A stretch of DNA of 64,000 nucleotides from Tetramitus jugosus (lineage: Eukaryota > Protista > Heterolobosea): the NCBI GenBank assembly GCA_937625935.1, contig OW569375.1, positions 124,001-188,000 on the forward strand, given 5' to 3'. Made by a program: the position numbers and the translations under genes. Under the pieces are notes generated by a model. The model had not been told where the DNA came from. It made no database searches and saw nothing but the letters and a program-made list of their open reading frames with translations. Positions 31,632-42,316 of the stretch are shown in pieces (position 1 is the stretch's first letter; every line of letters starts with the position of its first letter).

Positions 31632-32519
31632 TTAGGCCAGCAGTGGTACTTGATCGTCTGGCGTCTGTTGTCTAGGTGAATGACTCGTCCGTCTTTCTCT
31701 CAATATTTGTTTCCTTCTGATATGAATCAACATGCACTGAAATAGTACTACTATGCAATCTATGAATAGAGCCAAGCCATAATGATATTCATCCACTGTC
31801 GATATCCAATCACACACATACATACATCGAATAACCATGTGAGCTCTACTATTAAGCAATGTTCAAAAACAGAGAGAAAATTCAAAAACAAAGAGACACA
31901 ACATACACTTGAAGAAATGAAGAATAAATGGATCATAAGAGAAGACAGCACTGGACGGTGATGATGTTGTTGCTGTCACTCTCCTCCTATTGTTGTTGTT
32001 GTTGTTGTTGTTGTCATTCAGTATGTTTGAACGACTCCGACTACTGCTCGCACCACCATTCGTCGTTATTCCACGATGATAGGAATACGATTGAGCACTA
32101 TTGGCATTGTACAAGATGAGATGAGTCATGAGATTGGGAATGTTGCCCAACAGCACTGCTACAAAAAACACCCAACGATTCTTCAGCACAGACAACTTGA
32201 CTTTTTTGAGATGATAGATGCCATAGATGAAAAAGAGACGAATCACGAATAGAAACAGACTGAAATCAACATAGTAGCACAACACGGATTCAATCAACAA
32301 AAAATGAAGCAATAAATCTTTTGTCTGTTGTTCGTTTCGTTCAGTAATTTGCAATTGTTGTTGTTGCAGGGGTGGAAGAGTAATGGTGGTGGTCGTAGTG
32401 GCAGTGGTCGTGGTGGTGTTCATCATGGTGGTGGGCATAGTTGAAGATGATGCTTGTTCGTCACCACCACCACCATTGTCGTTGTTATTGATGATGATTG
32501 TTTGATTGTTGTTATTCAT
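31632..32519 (-). CDS. DUF1746/Dsc4-like membrane protein (spliced 3' end, exact junctions uncertain)
   Basis: CYYVDFSLFLFVIRLF, a second TM segment, PFILHF, and a downstream exon LFIDCIVVLFQCML; GTATGT donors present. Confidence 0.55.
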
Positions 32520-32678
32520 ATGATGATAATTGTTATTGTTGTTGTTGTTGTTGTCGGTAGTATTGTGGTGGTATTGTTAACCGTGTCATTCAATGAAGTG
32601 TTGTTCTTTATTGATCACTTGTTGATTTTTTTTGCTTTGAACTTGAATTTGTCCGATGAAAAGCAGACCGGGTAGTGT

Positions 32679-33431
32679 TTACATGGCTTGAAGCTTTTGG
32701 AGCAATAGTTGTCTCTTTCGTTCCAATGCCTGCCTTCTCCATTCTTCTTCGTCCAACAATTGTTGTGAAAAATCAAAAGAGCTACCAATGGTTGACGATT
32801 CACTCATGCTGAGCAACAACGATTCATTATTGTCGGCCTCAGATGCAAGATTAGAATTCTCACAATCATGGTCATAGTAGTAGTACTCTGATGGCAATAA
32901 CCGATTATGACTGCTGCCCTTTTGATCACTCTTCTGCTGAACTTGCTTCTGCTTGTTCAACAGTTCTCTCACAGCATCCAACTCCCTTGCAGCACCAAAG
33001 TACATGTATCGATTGGCACCAGATCCCACTCCTATCGCACTCTCCACATCATACAACTTGCCTCTGTTCCTATAGTCAGGACCATTCAACTCTACAATTC
33101 TCCGCTCCCATGCATACTTTTCTCTCAAGAGTTTGTTCATGTCGTCGTTCAAGTCACGAATCTTGTGTTCACCGAGTGATGCATTTTGAATGAGACCTAG
33201 TTTGTCATTGAAATCTCGAATGACTTGTTTTCGCCAATATTCACACTCGCGTATCGTTTTGGACAGAGAGACGTGTGGAGGTCGTTTTCTGCGCTGAAGT
33301 TCTTCAATGGATAGAGAAGTAGTGGATTCATCATCATCACCACCACCACCAGCACCAGCACCACGACCAATAACTTTAAAGTTGTACCATCGATTGAGCA
33401 CGGATTGCGACTTTTCTTGATTTCTTGCCAT
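32679..33431 (-). CDS. ISY1: Pre-mRNA splicing factor ISY1
   Basis: MARNQEKSQSVLNRW, IQNASLGEHKIRDLNDDMNKLLREK..WERRI.EL.GPDY, YMYFGAAREL. Confidence 0.96.
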   Translation of the reverse strand: MARNQEKSQSVLNRWYNFKVIGRGAGAGGGGDDDESTTSLSIEELQRRKRPPHVSLSKTIRECEYWRKQVIRDFNDKLGLIQNASLGEHKIRDLNDDMNKLLREKYAWERRIVELNGPDYRNRGKLYDVESAIGVGSGANRYMYFGAARELDAVRELLNKQKQVQQKSDQKGSSHNRLLPSEYYYYDHDCENSNLASEADNNESLLLSMSESSTIGSSFDFSQQLLDEEEWRRQALERKRQLLLQKLQAM

Positions 33432-33485
33432 TGTTTGATGTTGTCTTATGTTTCTGATCTGTTTCACTCACCAAAGAGGCAAAAC

Positions 33486-33558
33486 TGGAGCCACAGGGAA
33501 TCGAACCCTGGACCTCATGCATGCAAAGCACGCGCTCTACCAACTGAGCCATGACCCC
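33486..33558 (-). tRNA. tRNA-Ala (TGC)
   Basis: GGGGTCA/TGGCTCC acceptor with G3:U70, anticodon loop TT-TGC-AT, T arm CAGGG-TTCGATT-CCCTG. Confidence 0.97.
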
Positions 33559-33601
33559 CATATTTTTGGGTATCTAAATATAGACATCAATATAATTCTC
33601 C

Positions 33602-33900
33602 GCGTGCAAGATTGGTGCCCGAGCTGTAAGAAAGAAGACGACACTATTGTTCATCTGTTAGTTGAGTGTGTAGTACGCCTGCACAAGAGGCTAGGTGTAG
33701 AATTAGAGAGGTATTTGCCTTACAGCTTAGCAAACTGAACATGTCTAAGGATACATGTTCACTGCCTCAAAGGAACGGTGGAGAGAAACAATGCTCAGCA
33801 CTACAAATGTTAGCCCGCACAGACTTGAAGACGATGGGGAGTGATACAATACTCTGCACCTTCGGTGCCTCTATGTGTAGTGTTGATAATGAAGTTGGCA
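33602..33900 (+). mobile_element. Degenerate 3' fragment of non-LTR retrotransposon upstream of tRNA-Ala (ends approximate)
   Basis: CPSCKKEDDTIVHLLVEC = CX2CX8HX4C; the 3' hairpin and TGTAGTGT motif are shared with the element at 56133. Confidence 0.65.
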
Positions 33901-33988
33901 TTGGAAGAATATCCATAATTGTTGAGTTCGGGTTGATACCTTGATCATACTCTTCCAATCCAATTTTATTAAACAATGTTTTGTTTCA

Positions 33989-35569
33989 TTACATTAACCT
34001 GGTGCGTTCTACATCATCTCCCTTTCCCATCACTTTGAAGAATGCAAAAGCACAAATAGCAATAATGACTGCAATGAAGGGGATTGATATACCCAAAGAA
34101 AGACCCACAATGAGTTTTGTGTAGTTCAGTGGTCTCTTTGGAGGTGGGTTAGGTGGATTAAGTGGATTGCACCACTTGACATTCAGGGAGGTGGTTACTG
34201 CACTGGACGCTGCTCGTCGTTCGATATAGTAAATCTTCCCATCAACGATTTGCATCATGTTCGCAAATAGATCTGCATTGGATGACCAGGCTATGCCATA
34301 ACTATGGACAGCTTTGGAGTCAAACTCTCGTAGGAATGCATTAGAATGACGGAATATTGCTGGAGAAGAACCACCCGAAATAACTGCAGTGTATTCATCC
34401 TTCGCCACTATATTCATAGGAATTGGAGATATGTTGCCACTAAAGTTGAACACTGAAAAAAAGTTTGGATCTAATCGAACTGTCCTCTCCATCTTTTCAA
34501 TGCCATCGTATCTGAGATACAAGAACTTATTTGAGTTGCCCATAGGAACTGTTCCAATGACATGCATAGTAGAAGTGAATGTTTTAGGATCAACATAGAT
34601 GTCCATATCTATCAAGTGTTCTGTTGCGATACTGTCATAGACTGAGATTTGTTTGATACCGAGGATAACACCTGATCCACTGTCAATCTTAAACAGGACA
34701 TGAACAGTCATGTTTGAGCCTGCATGCTCTGGAAATTGTATCACCGAATTATGAGCCAATTGGTGCATAGTCTCAACAGCAATTTGCATCTCTTTAGTCA
34801 TCATAACAAATGCATAGATGAAACCATGATTTGCATCAACCCTAAGCTTACCGGCAATTTCATGATCAACCTCCACACCAATTACCTGAGGAAGTAGTAC
34901 AGTATGTCTCAACATGTTCATGTCTTTAAGATCATAGTGTGCAACTACAACAGAACCCTTGTATGATTTGACCAGCAGTGCTCCTGTATCTAGTCGAGCA
35001 GGATTCACAACAAAAGACATACAACCTCCCGTTGCAGATACCACACTAGCATCTGGTCCGTTCATCACCCCAGATACAGTTCCATCCACATTATACACTG
35101 GAATATCGGTCACTGAAGGCTCAGTATATTCAACAGTTCTACCCGTAGCACCTTGATTTGTGACCACTTGAGTAAGCTTCAATGGAGATTCAACCTGATT
35201 GATATCTTTCAAAAAGGTAACTACATAGACGTTGCCATGGTAATCTGCATCACTCATACCACACAATCGTCCATCCACTTGTGCATCTGAATCAATCAGT
35301 GTCTTCACTTGCCCTGTATGGCTCATGTCTTGCAAAAACTTCAACTTGGATTCACTCTTTGCATAATTGCGTTGATTTTCAATGTAGAGCAGTTTTGAAC
35401 CCTGAAGAATTCTATAGTCCACAATCAAGTTCTGGAGGAAGGAGACTCCAGTGCTGGAAACCACTTGGCGCTCATGCAGCTCAGTGAAATTCCTGGCACA
35501 TGACAAGAGTGAGGCAAAAGCTGTGGAGAAAAGCAGAGCTAATGTAGCCAGTAGAAGATAGGTATTCAT
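33989..35569 (-). CDS. Type I membrane protein of unknown function
   Basis: Signal peptide MNTYLLLATLALLFSTAFA, beta-rich ectodomain, Pro linker, one TM, short tail ending ERTRLM. Confidence 0.85.
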   Translation of the reverse strand: MNTYLLLATLALLFSTAFASLLSCARNFTELHERQVVSSTGVSFLQNLIVDYRILQGSKLLYIENQRNYAKSESKLKFLQDMSHTGQVKTLIDSDAQVDGRLCGMSDADYHGNVYVVTFLKDINQVESPLKLTQVVTNQGATGRTVEYTEPSVTDIPVYNVDGTVSGVMNGPDASVVSATGGCMSFVVNPARLDTGALLVKSYKGSVVVAHYDLKDMNMLRHTVLLPQVIGVEVDHEIAGKLRVDANHGFIYAFVMMTKEMQIAVETMHQLAHNSVIQFPEHAGSNMTVHVLFKIDSGSGVILGIKQISVYDSIATEHLIDMDIYVDPKTFTSTMHVIGTVPMGNSNKFLYLRYDGIEKMERTVRLDPNFFSVFNFSGNISPIPMNIVAKDEYTAVISGGSSPAIFRHSNAFLREFDSKAVHSYGIAWSSNADLFANMMQIVDGKIYYIERRAASSAVTTSLNVKWCNPLNPPNPPPKRPLNYTKLIVGLSLGISIPFIAVIIAICAFAFFKVMGKGDDVERTRLM

Positions 35570-35966
35570 CAGAGTGCTTGTTCTGGTTTTGTTGTTTTGT
35601 CACCTCCTGAGGCAAACGGGAAAACTCTGAAAAAGTTCAACACTGTTGAATGCAGGAGAAGGACCCCTAGATTCATTTCTGTTCAACTGATAACCATTTC
35701 CTTCCATTTGCCCAGTGGATCCTGCTAAACATGTTCACGCAGAATATCTGAGGATTGTTCATAGTTTACCATGAGAAATGAAGTGAACTCAAACAGACTA
35801 GAAATCAATACTTACTTATTGAATTCTAGTAGAATTGAGCCAAAGTTTCCCACAGTTAACTTGAGAACGAAGGCAAAAAGCAAGCACTCTCCAGAGTGAC
35901 AATAGATGATAACTTTACAAAATAGATTTAGCAACATGGACACACACGTGCAAACAGTGATTCACT

Positions 35967-37016
35967 CTACTTTGGTGGATCCACCTTGACAGCCAGTGTA
36001 AAGATTAGAATCGTTGCCAGATAAAAGATGAATGTCAATCCAGCACCCAGTGTCATACTCACAATCCGAATCGACTTTCTTTCAATCTCATGACTGAACA
36101 CGAGTGGTGATAAAACGAGACCGACGAGGAAACCACCGAGATGACTGGCCCAATCGACATTGGATCCAAAGAAACTCATCATGACAATAAACAGCAACAT
36201 GATGGCAATGTTGATCGAGTTGGAAATGCGTCCTGGTTGAGACATTTTGGGCCATCTGCATGCCACATCACCCACACGTGCACCAATGATGCCCATGATG
36301 GCACCAGAGGCACCCACAGACACTGTCAGAGGCAATGCACAGCTAGACAACAGATTACCACCCACTCCAGCCATCACATAGATTAAACTGGTTCTCAGTG
36401 CACCCCATCTGCGCTCATACGCCATACAGATCATAAACTGGACATACAAATTGAAAAAGAGATGAATGAAACCGGCGTGCATAATAATAGGCACTACAAA
36501 TCTCCACACTTGATACTGGTATTTGATCTTGGGCACATATTTGGCACCCAGTAGAATCAATGTCGATGTCGGAGGACCGAGACTGCTATTGTCCGATGCA
36601 TTGGTCACACCTCCGACACAAATCTCCACCAAAAAATAAATCAAATCCACAATAGTAATCCAAAAGAGGAAACACCGCAGCATGACCTTGTAGTCGGACT
36701 TTCTCACATCGGAGCACATGGGCCCGACAAAGCAGGGACAGCAGCACATGAGAACCATGTGATACCATTGAATGGACTCACCTTGGAGATTGTAGCTCCA
36801 GAATGATGATTCAGATGTGTCTGGAGATGGTTGTTGCATGAGTGATGATTGTTGTTGAGGTTGTTGTTGTTGTTGACTCTCCATGGAATTGAGATCGACA
36901 AATGTTCCACCACGATTGGTGGATTGTGATGATTGTGATGATGATTGTTGCCACTGTGGAGGGACAGGGGCAGCAGCAGAATCATTGTCATAGTCTCTTA
37001 ACGTACGAATCACCAT
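35967..37016 (-). CDS. Rhomboid intramembrane serine protease
   Basis: QVWRFV..MHAGFIHLFFN, SVGASG catalytic Ser, DWASHLGG catalytic His. Confidence 0.95.
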   Translation of the reverse strand: MVIRTLRDYDNDSAAAPVPPQWQQSSSQSSQSTNRGGTFVDLNSMESQQQQQPQQQSSLMQQPSPDTSESSFWSYNLQGESIQWYHMVLMCCCPCFVGPMCSDVRKSDYKVMLRCFLFWITIVDLIYFLVEICVGGVTNASDNSSLGPPTSTLILLGAKYVPKIKYQYQVWRFVVPIIMHAGFIHLFFNLYVQFMICMAYERRWGALRTSLIYVMAGVGGNLLSSCALPLTVSVGASGAIMGIIGARVGDVACRWPKMSQPGRISNSINIAIMLLFIVMMSFFGSNVDWASHLGGFLVGLVLSPLVFSHEIERKSIRIVSMTLGAGLTFIFYLATILIFTLAVKVDPPK

Positions 37017-37511
37017 ATTGTTGATATAGTATATTATGGGTGTGTATGTGTGTGTGTTATTTACAATGTTGGTTGTTGAATATCAACAGATGATGAAAAT
37101 GAATAGTGTGTTTTTTTTTGTTTCTGATCTCTCAAAAGAGTTGTGGCGCCTCCCTTCCAACTCTCAAGTGGCTGCTCGCTATTTTTGTTGTTGGATTTCT
37201 TCCGACCGAAAATGATTTGGCGCCCGCCCTGTAGTTGACAGTCCAATTTGACAGGGGTGTTAGAATTCCGCGTACCCGAACTAAAACACAACATGAGGTC
37301 TCATGGAAGTTGAATACCACACCCATCCAACCAAAACAAAACAAAAACAACAAAGCACAACAATATCTTGACCATCGGCATCATCAGCACTATCTTTCAA
37401 CAAACTGCCACTATCACTTTTTTGTACAACAACAATAATACTGCTGCATCAACATCACAAACATACACCAAACATACACCAAACAAATAACATCAACAAG
37501 AAGCAAACAAC

Positions 37512-39482
37512 ATGGGCAAAACAATCAGTAAAGGAGCCATTCTTTTTGAAGAAGCAGATGTAAAGCATTGGGACAGAGATTCTGTCAGAGCCTGGATGGA
37601 ATCTCAAGGATTTACCAAACCAAAAGGTACTGTTCTTTTGTGTTGATGTCTTTTTTTTGTATTCTAAAGACCAACATGCACCATATCAACTGACAAGTAT
37701 CCATCGTTATACACACAATCACACATACACAATCATACATACACACAATTACACATACACACACAATACGTCTCTATAGACTTGTTCTATAAGAAGAGTG
37801 TAGATGGTGCAAGATTGTTGCGTTTCAATGAAGAAACAATCAAAGAAATGGGTGTGTCAGACACTGAACTCATCAAGAAACTGGCTGCCAAGATTCAAGA
37901 ATTGAGAGAAAAGAGCAAGGCAAAGACTGATGACTGGACAACGGAACAAGAGAGTCAATTGATTGAGTTGGGAGTGAAAAAATTGGAAAAATTGAGAGGA
38001 TTACAAAACATGAGTGATGAACAAAAGAAGGACAAGTCAAAGAATCTTGTTCTCAAACCATACTTACTCGAAACATATTTGAATCAGAATTTTGTCGCTA
38101 CACAAAAAACATTGACTCGATTGTTGGAGGAACCAGAGCCGAACAGTGTCAATCAGAGTAACATTGTAGAGAATCCAACAACGAGTTCCACTACGAATGC
38201 AGCTGCTGCACTTGTTGGAACAAGTACTGCTGTGAATCATGTCAACAATAACGCGAATAATCAGAGTACCAGTGGTGGTGGTGGTGGTGGTAGTGGTGCA
38301 TCAAAGTCATCTGGTTTTGCAGTCAGTGTGGCAGAGAGTCAACATCAGGATGTCATTGGTGATGCCACTCCTCATCAAGAACAACAACAATCATCATCAT
38401 CAATCGATGATAGTAACAACAATGGTGAATCCAACAATGGTGAAGTAGATGAATTATTGGCCAAACAAACAAAACAAGACACAAAGAATCTGTTGAGAAT
38501 GAAGAATGAGATTGAATCGATTCACAAGTATGAATCACAAATCTCTGCCATGAAACAAGTCAACATGGTACACAATCACTCGAATAGTCATGGCCTTACT
38601 TCACCTTCCTCACCCACCACCACCAGTATTGCATCACCTACCACCTCTTCTATTAACCCCTCACCTACACCTTCAGCCACCAGTATCATGACTGTTACAG
38701 ATGAAGAATACTTGAGAATCAAGTTGGTTATTGTGGAGATTCATCAGAACACGAGTCAGAGAACATTTAGAAAAGTGTTGTCTCCGATTATGGACGCATT
38801 TGATATTTCACCCACATTTGGCCTGTTCCACAGTGCATTGATTGTTGGTCCATGGTATCTCGAATGGAATGACAGTGGTCTCATTGTACCACGAAAGTGC
38901 TACTCTGGTGCTGCAGTGCTGGCTGCCGATGTATCCAAACAGTTCAAGGGCGGTAAGCAAGTCAAGGAAGCACTGGACAAGATGGCAGACTTGATTTGCC
39001 ATTGGAACGCAAATTATCAATATTCTCAGAATCAGAGAAATTGTCAGACGTTTATCGATGAGGTGTGTGAAGCATTGGACATTCAATTGAGCTTTACAGG
39101 TGCGCTCAACGATTACTTGATCCAGTTGAGAAAGAATGGCAAGTGTGACCTCAAGTACTTTTTACCAGATCATTTGAGAACATTGTTGAACACGGATGAA
39201 AAGTACATGACATTTACGACACACAAGCAATTGGATGATTTTGTAAAGTTGGTGCAGGAGAAGGATAGCATCTACTTTGATATTACGGCACCAGATGATT
39301 GGACACTGCTCAAGAGTTTTGATCGAGCCTTTTGGTTGCGTTGGTTCAAGAACAAGGGCGATGAGAATTGTAGTCCACATGTGGTGGATGAGACGAATCG
39401 AGTGTTCAACACGAGTTGTCCCTTTGGTCATCCACACAACACATTTTCCATGGTTGAAAACTTTTTCACCTACAAAAAGTAA
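37512..39482 (+). CDS. N-myristoylation-motif SAM-domain protein with C-terminal PPPDE-like domain (intron 37627-37779)
   Basis: MGKTISK start; spliced SAM pattern W.RDSVRAW...GF....LF....VDGARLL....IKEMGV; GLFHSALIVG and Y....RNCQTF. Confidence 0.75.
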
Positions 39483-39522
39483 AAACAAACAAAATTCAAC
39501 ACATCCGCAGCCATTCTTGTTC

Positions 39523-40149
39523 ATGTCCACCAAACAATCCAGTGCATCTCTGGTTCAATCATTGACCAATACGCTGAAACATTGGTTGTCATTTGATCGA
39601 TCCATCAACTCGTACGATCACCACAACAATAAGAAGCAACAACATGATGACATGAGCGATCAACAACAACAACAACAATCACCATCATCATTTGAGATTG
39701 AATACTTTTATGATGATACAACAACCAACAACAATAAGAGTCGACAGTTACTCTCACATGCACACATTGAACAATACTTGAATCATTATTTTTATCAAAC
39801 AGAGCATTCTCAATTGGTGAACAAGGTGATTGCATACACGTTGATACGGCACTTGTCCATTTGGAATCTATCTTCTCTGAATCATCATCACAATCGTCAT
39901 CAGAAACCATTGTCCATGTTGTTTGTGGGTCCTCATAGCTCTGGAAGGATCTATGTTTCCAAATTGATTGCTCAAGTATTGAACAGACCATTTGTATTCT
40001 TCAATATGCAACACTTTTCATCATTATCATCATCATCATCATCATCACAACAACAACAAGTATTTATTACGACTGCAACACCTACTACTCCTACTACTAC
40101 TACTGAATCACAACAACAACAACAATCTCAACAATCATACAAGAAAAAG

Positions 40150-40183
<34 letters not shown>

Positions 40184-41982
40184 CAGCAGGATCAAAGAAG
40201 AAACAAGAAGTGTCATCATCGTCAGCAGCAGCAGAAAAAGTAGTAGTTGAAGGACAGTTGAATACAGTGCTGGCAAAGGTACCTAATGCTGTCATTGTAT
40301 TGCATCATTTGAACAAGTGTCATCCCATTGTGTTGGATCAATTGTCTCAAGTATTGAATAATAATAATCATAGTATGAATGCATCCAATGCCATTTTCAT
40401 TTGTCTAGTAGAGATGAATCAACATCAACAACATCAACAACAACAACAACAGCATTCAAATGAAACATCATCAAGTAGCAGTAGCAGTAGTAGTAGTGGT
40501 AGTAGTAGTAGTAGTAGTAGAAGTGATAGTAATGTTGAGTTGTCCTCCTATAATGGATTGCTGCGTTCCTTGTTCAATGACATTGTCCCCTCTTCACATT
40601 CTCAATTGATATCATCAAATGATTCCACCACAACAAGTCCTGACAACAGTAGTAGTGGTAGTGGTAGTAGTACTCGATCCAACAACAACAACAACAACAA
40701 CAACAATCCATATCCATATCATCATCATCAACAATCACATTCACATTCACACAGACATCCAAACTTGTGGTTCAATCAGAATCACACAAATACAATCAAT
40801 GAACAGCAACGTGAACAAGAGAAACGGAATCAATTGGTCATGAATTTTGCATCCTCTACGACTCCCTCTATCAATGAATCATCGAATATAGCAACAACAA
40901 CAACCGCACCACAAATGAGTAGTACACAACAACAACAACAACAACAAAACAAGAAGAAGAAAAAGAAGGGTTCAATCAATGAATCAGCTCATCATGCGAA
41001 TAGCAATATAAAGAATGTGATGAATCCAATGACTCACACGACTAGTACCAGTACCATACATACGCAAGATCCTAACCAGTATCATCATAATTACAATAAT
41101 AATAATAATAATATGAATAAGAATAGTAATAATACGTATAATCATTTAATCAAGGACAATGAGCTCAAAACAGCATCATCATTACTACCTCCACAATCAT
41201 TCGAGCGAAATGCATGGACCATGAATCATCCAATGAACACTCATCATACGTACACGAGCAACAAGGACAATATCAACAATATCAACAATCATACAAACAC
41301 TACAAATACTACTGTTGCTCATAATAACAACAACAAGAATACTGAAAATACTGGGAAGATCACTTCTCATACGAGTAGCAAACACAATGAGAGTGATACC
41401 TATTTGCTGACTCAAATGTTACACTATAGAGAAAAGTTGTATCCCTATCTGTTCTCACTATTCAATCAGAATCGATCCATGAATTCATCCTATGCCCTGG
41501 ATTCGTTTTTCAACACATTCAGTGTTGTTGTTCCCTTCTTCTCATTCTCTAATTATGATCTGTTTGTCACGATTCAGAGAGTGTTGTATCAGTTCAAGTC
41601 TGTTGCAAAGAATGATCGTTTGATTGTGCTCACGTGGAGTGAAGATGTCATTTTGTGGCTCATGGGTCAATACATTACTCACATGACTCATTATGATCAT
41701 AGCAGCACCAGCATTAACAATAATGATGATGTTGGTGATGACGATCAAAAGGATGGTTATATAGGAGTGTATCGATTGATAGAGATGCATGTGTTGACTC
41801 GATTGGCCGTAGTGGATCACTTGATACAGAATGGGGATCATGTTCATTTGAATGTTGAATTGTCATCCAACACCTATAACTCTAACAATCAGAGCCACAG
41901 TTTCATTACTGTTCAGATACTGAACAGGAGAATAGATCATGAGTTGAAAAGGAAGATTTCAACCTTACAATCCAAGCTATAA
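39523..41982 (+). CDS. Skd3/ClpB-NBD2-like AAA+ pseudo-ATPase with low-complexity insertions
   Basis: PLSMLFVGPHSSGRIYVSK, GQLNTVLAKVPNAVIVLHHLNKCHPIVL, NAIFI, VPFFSFS..L, IVLTWSEDV are collinear with the ClpB second AAA domain. Confidence 0.7.
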
Positions 41983-42316
41983 ATTGCATTCTGATACTCT
42001 TGTCTATCAGTTCATCACACTATGCGTTTGCTCTGAGGTTATATGGAGAGAGTTTATAGTTCGAATGTAGATAGCAGTGTATTGCTGGGACTCCGTAATA
42101 TGATTCCTGGTGGTGTACTGTGTGATTCCTCTTGAGGTTCAGAGTCACTTCTTTCTTTTGTCCTATGGAAATCTCGTTTCAGATCTGCTGTCATGAGCAA
42201 TGTATTGACCAGGTATTACTTTCGAAGAACTTCGGAGTATCATACCTTCCAAAAAAACACACACAAAAACACCGGTGCCAACACACAGAAGAAGTAACAC
42301 GGTACTATCACCAACA

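Noticed and set aside
33845-33858. ATACAATACTCTGC resembling ATATAATTCTCCGC (33590) as a decayed TSD
   Set aside because: Only 11/14 identical, and it lies before the family 3' motifs, so it cannot mark the element end
35798-35830. Imperfect AT-rich inverted repeat CTAGAAATCAAT/ATTGAATTCTAG
   Set aside because: Isolated and low complexity; no TSD or second copy
37137-37206. Hairpin, ATTTTTG (Sm-like) and hairpin in the divergent promoter; loop begins CGCCT like U5
   Set aside because: The loop lacks the invariant U5 GCCTTTTAC, and ATTTTTG is common in AT-rich DNA
39277-39522. Apparent overlap of the 901-aa ORF with the upstream gene
   Set aside because: The track uses a non-ATG start; the first ATG at 39523 lies after the upstream stop
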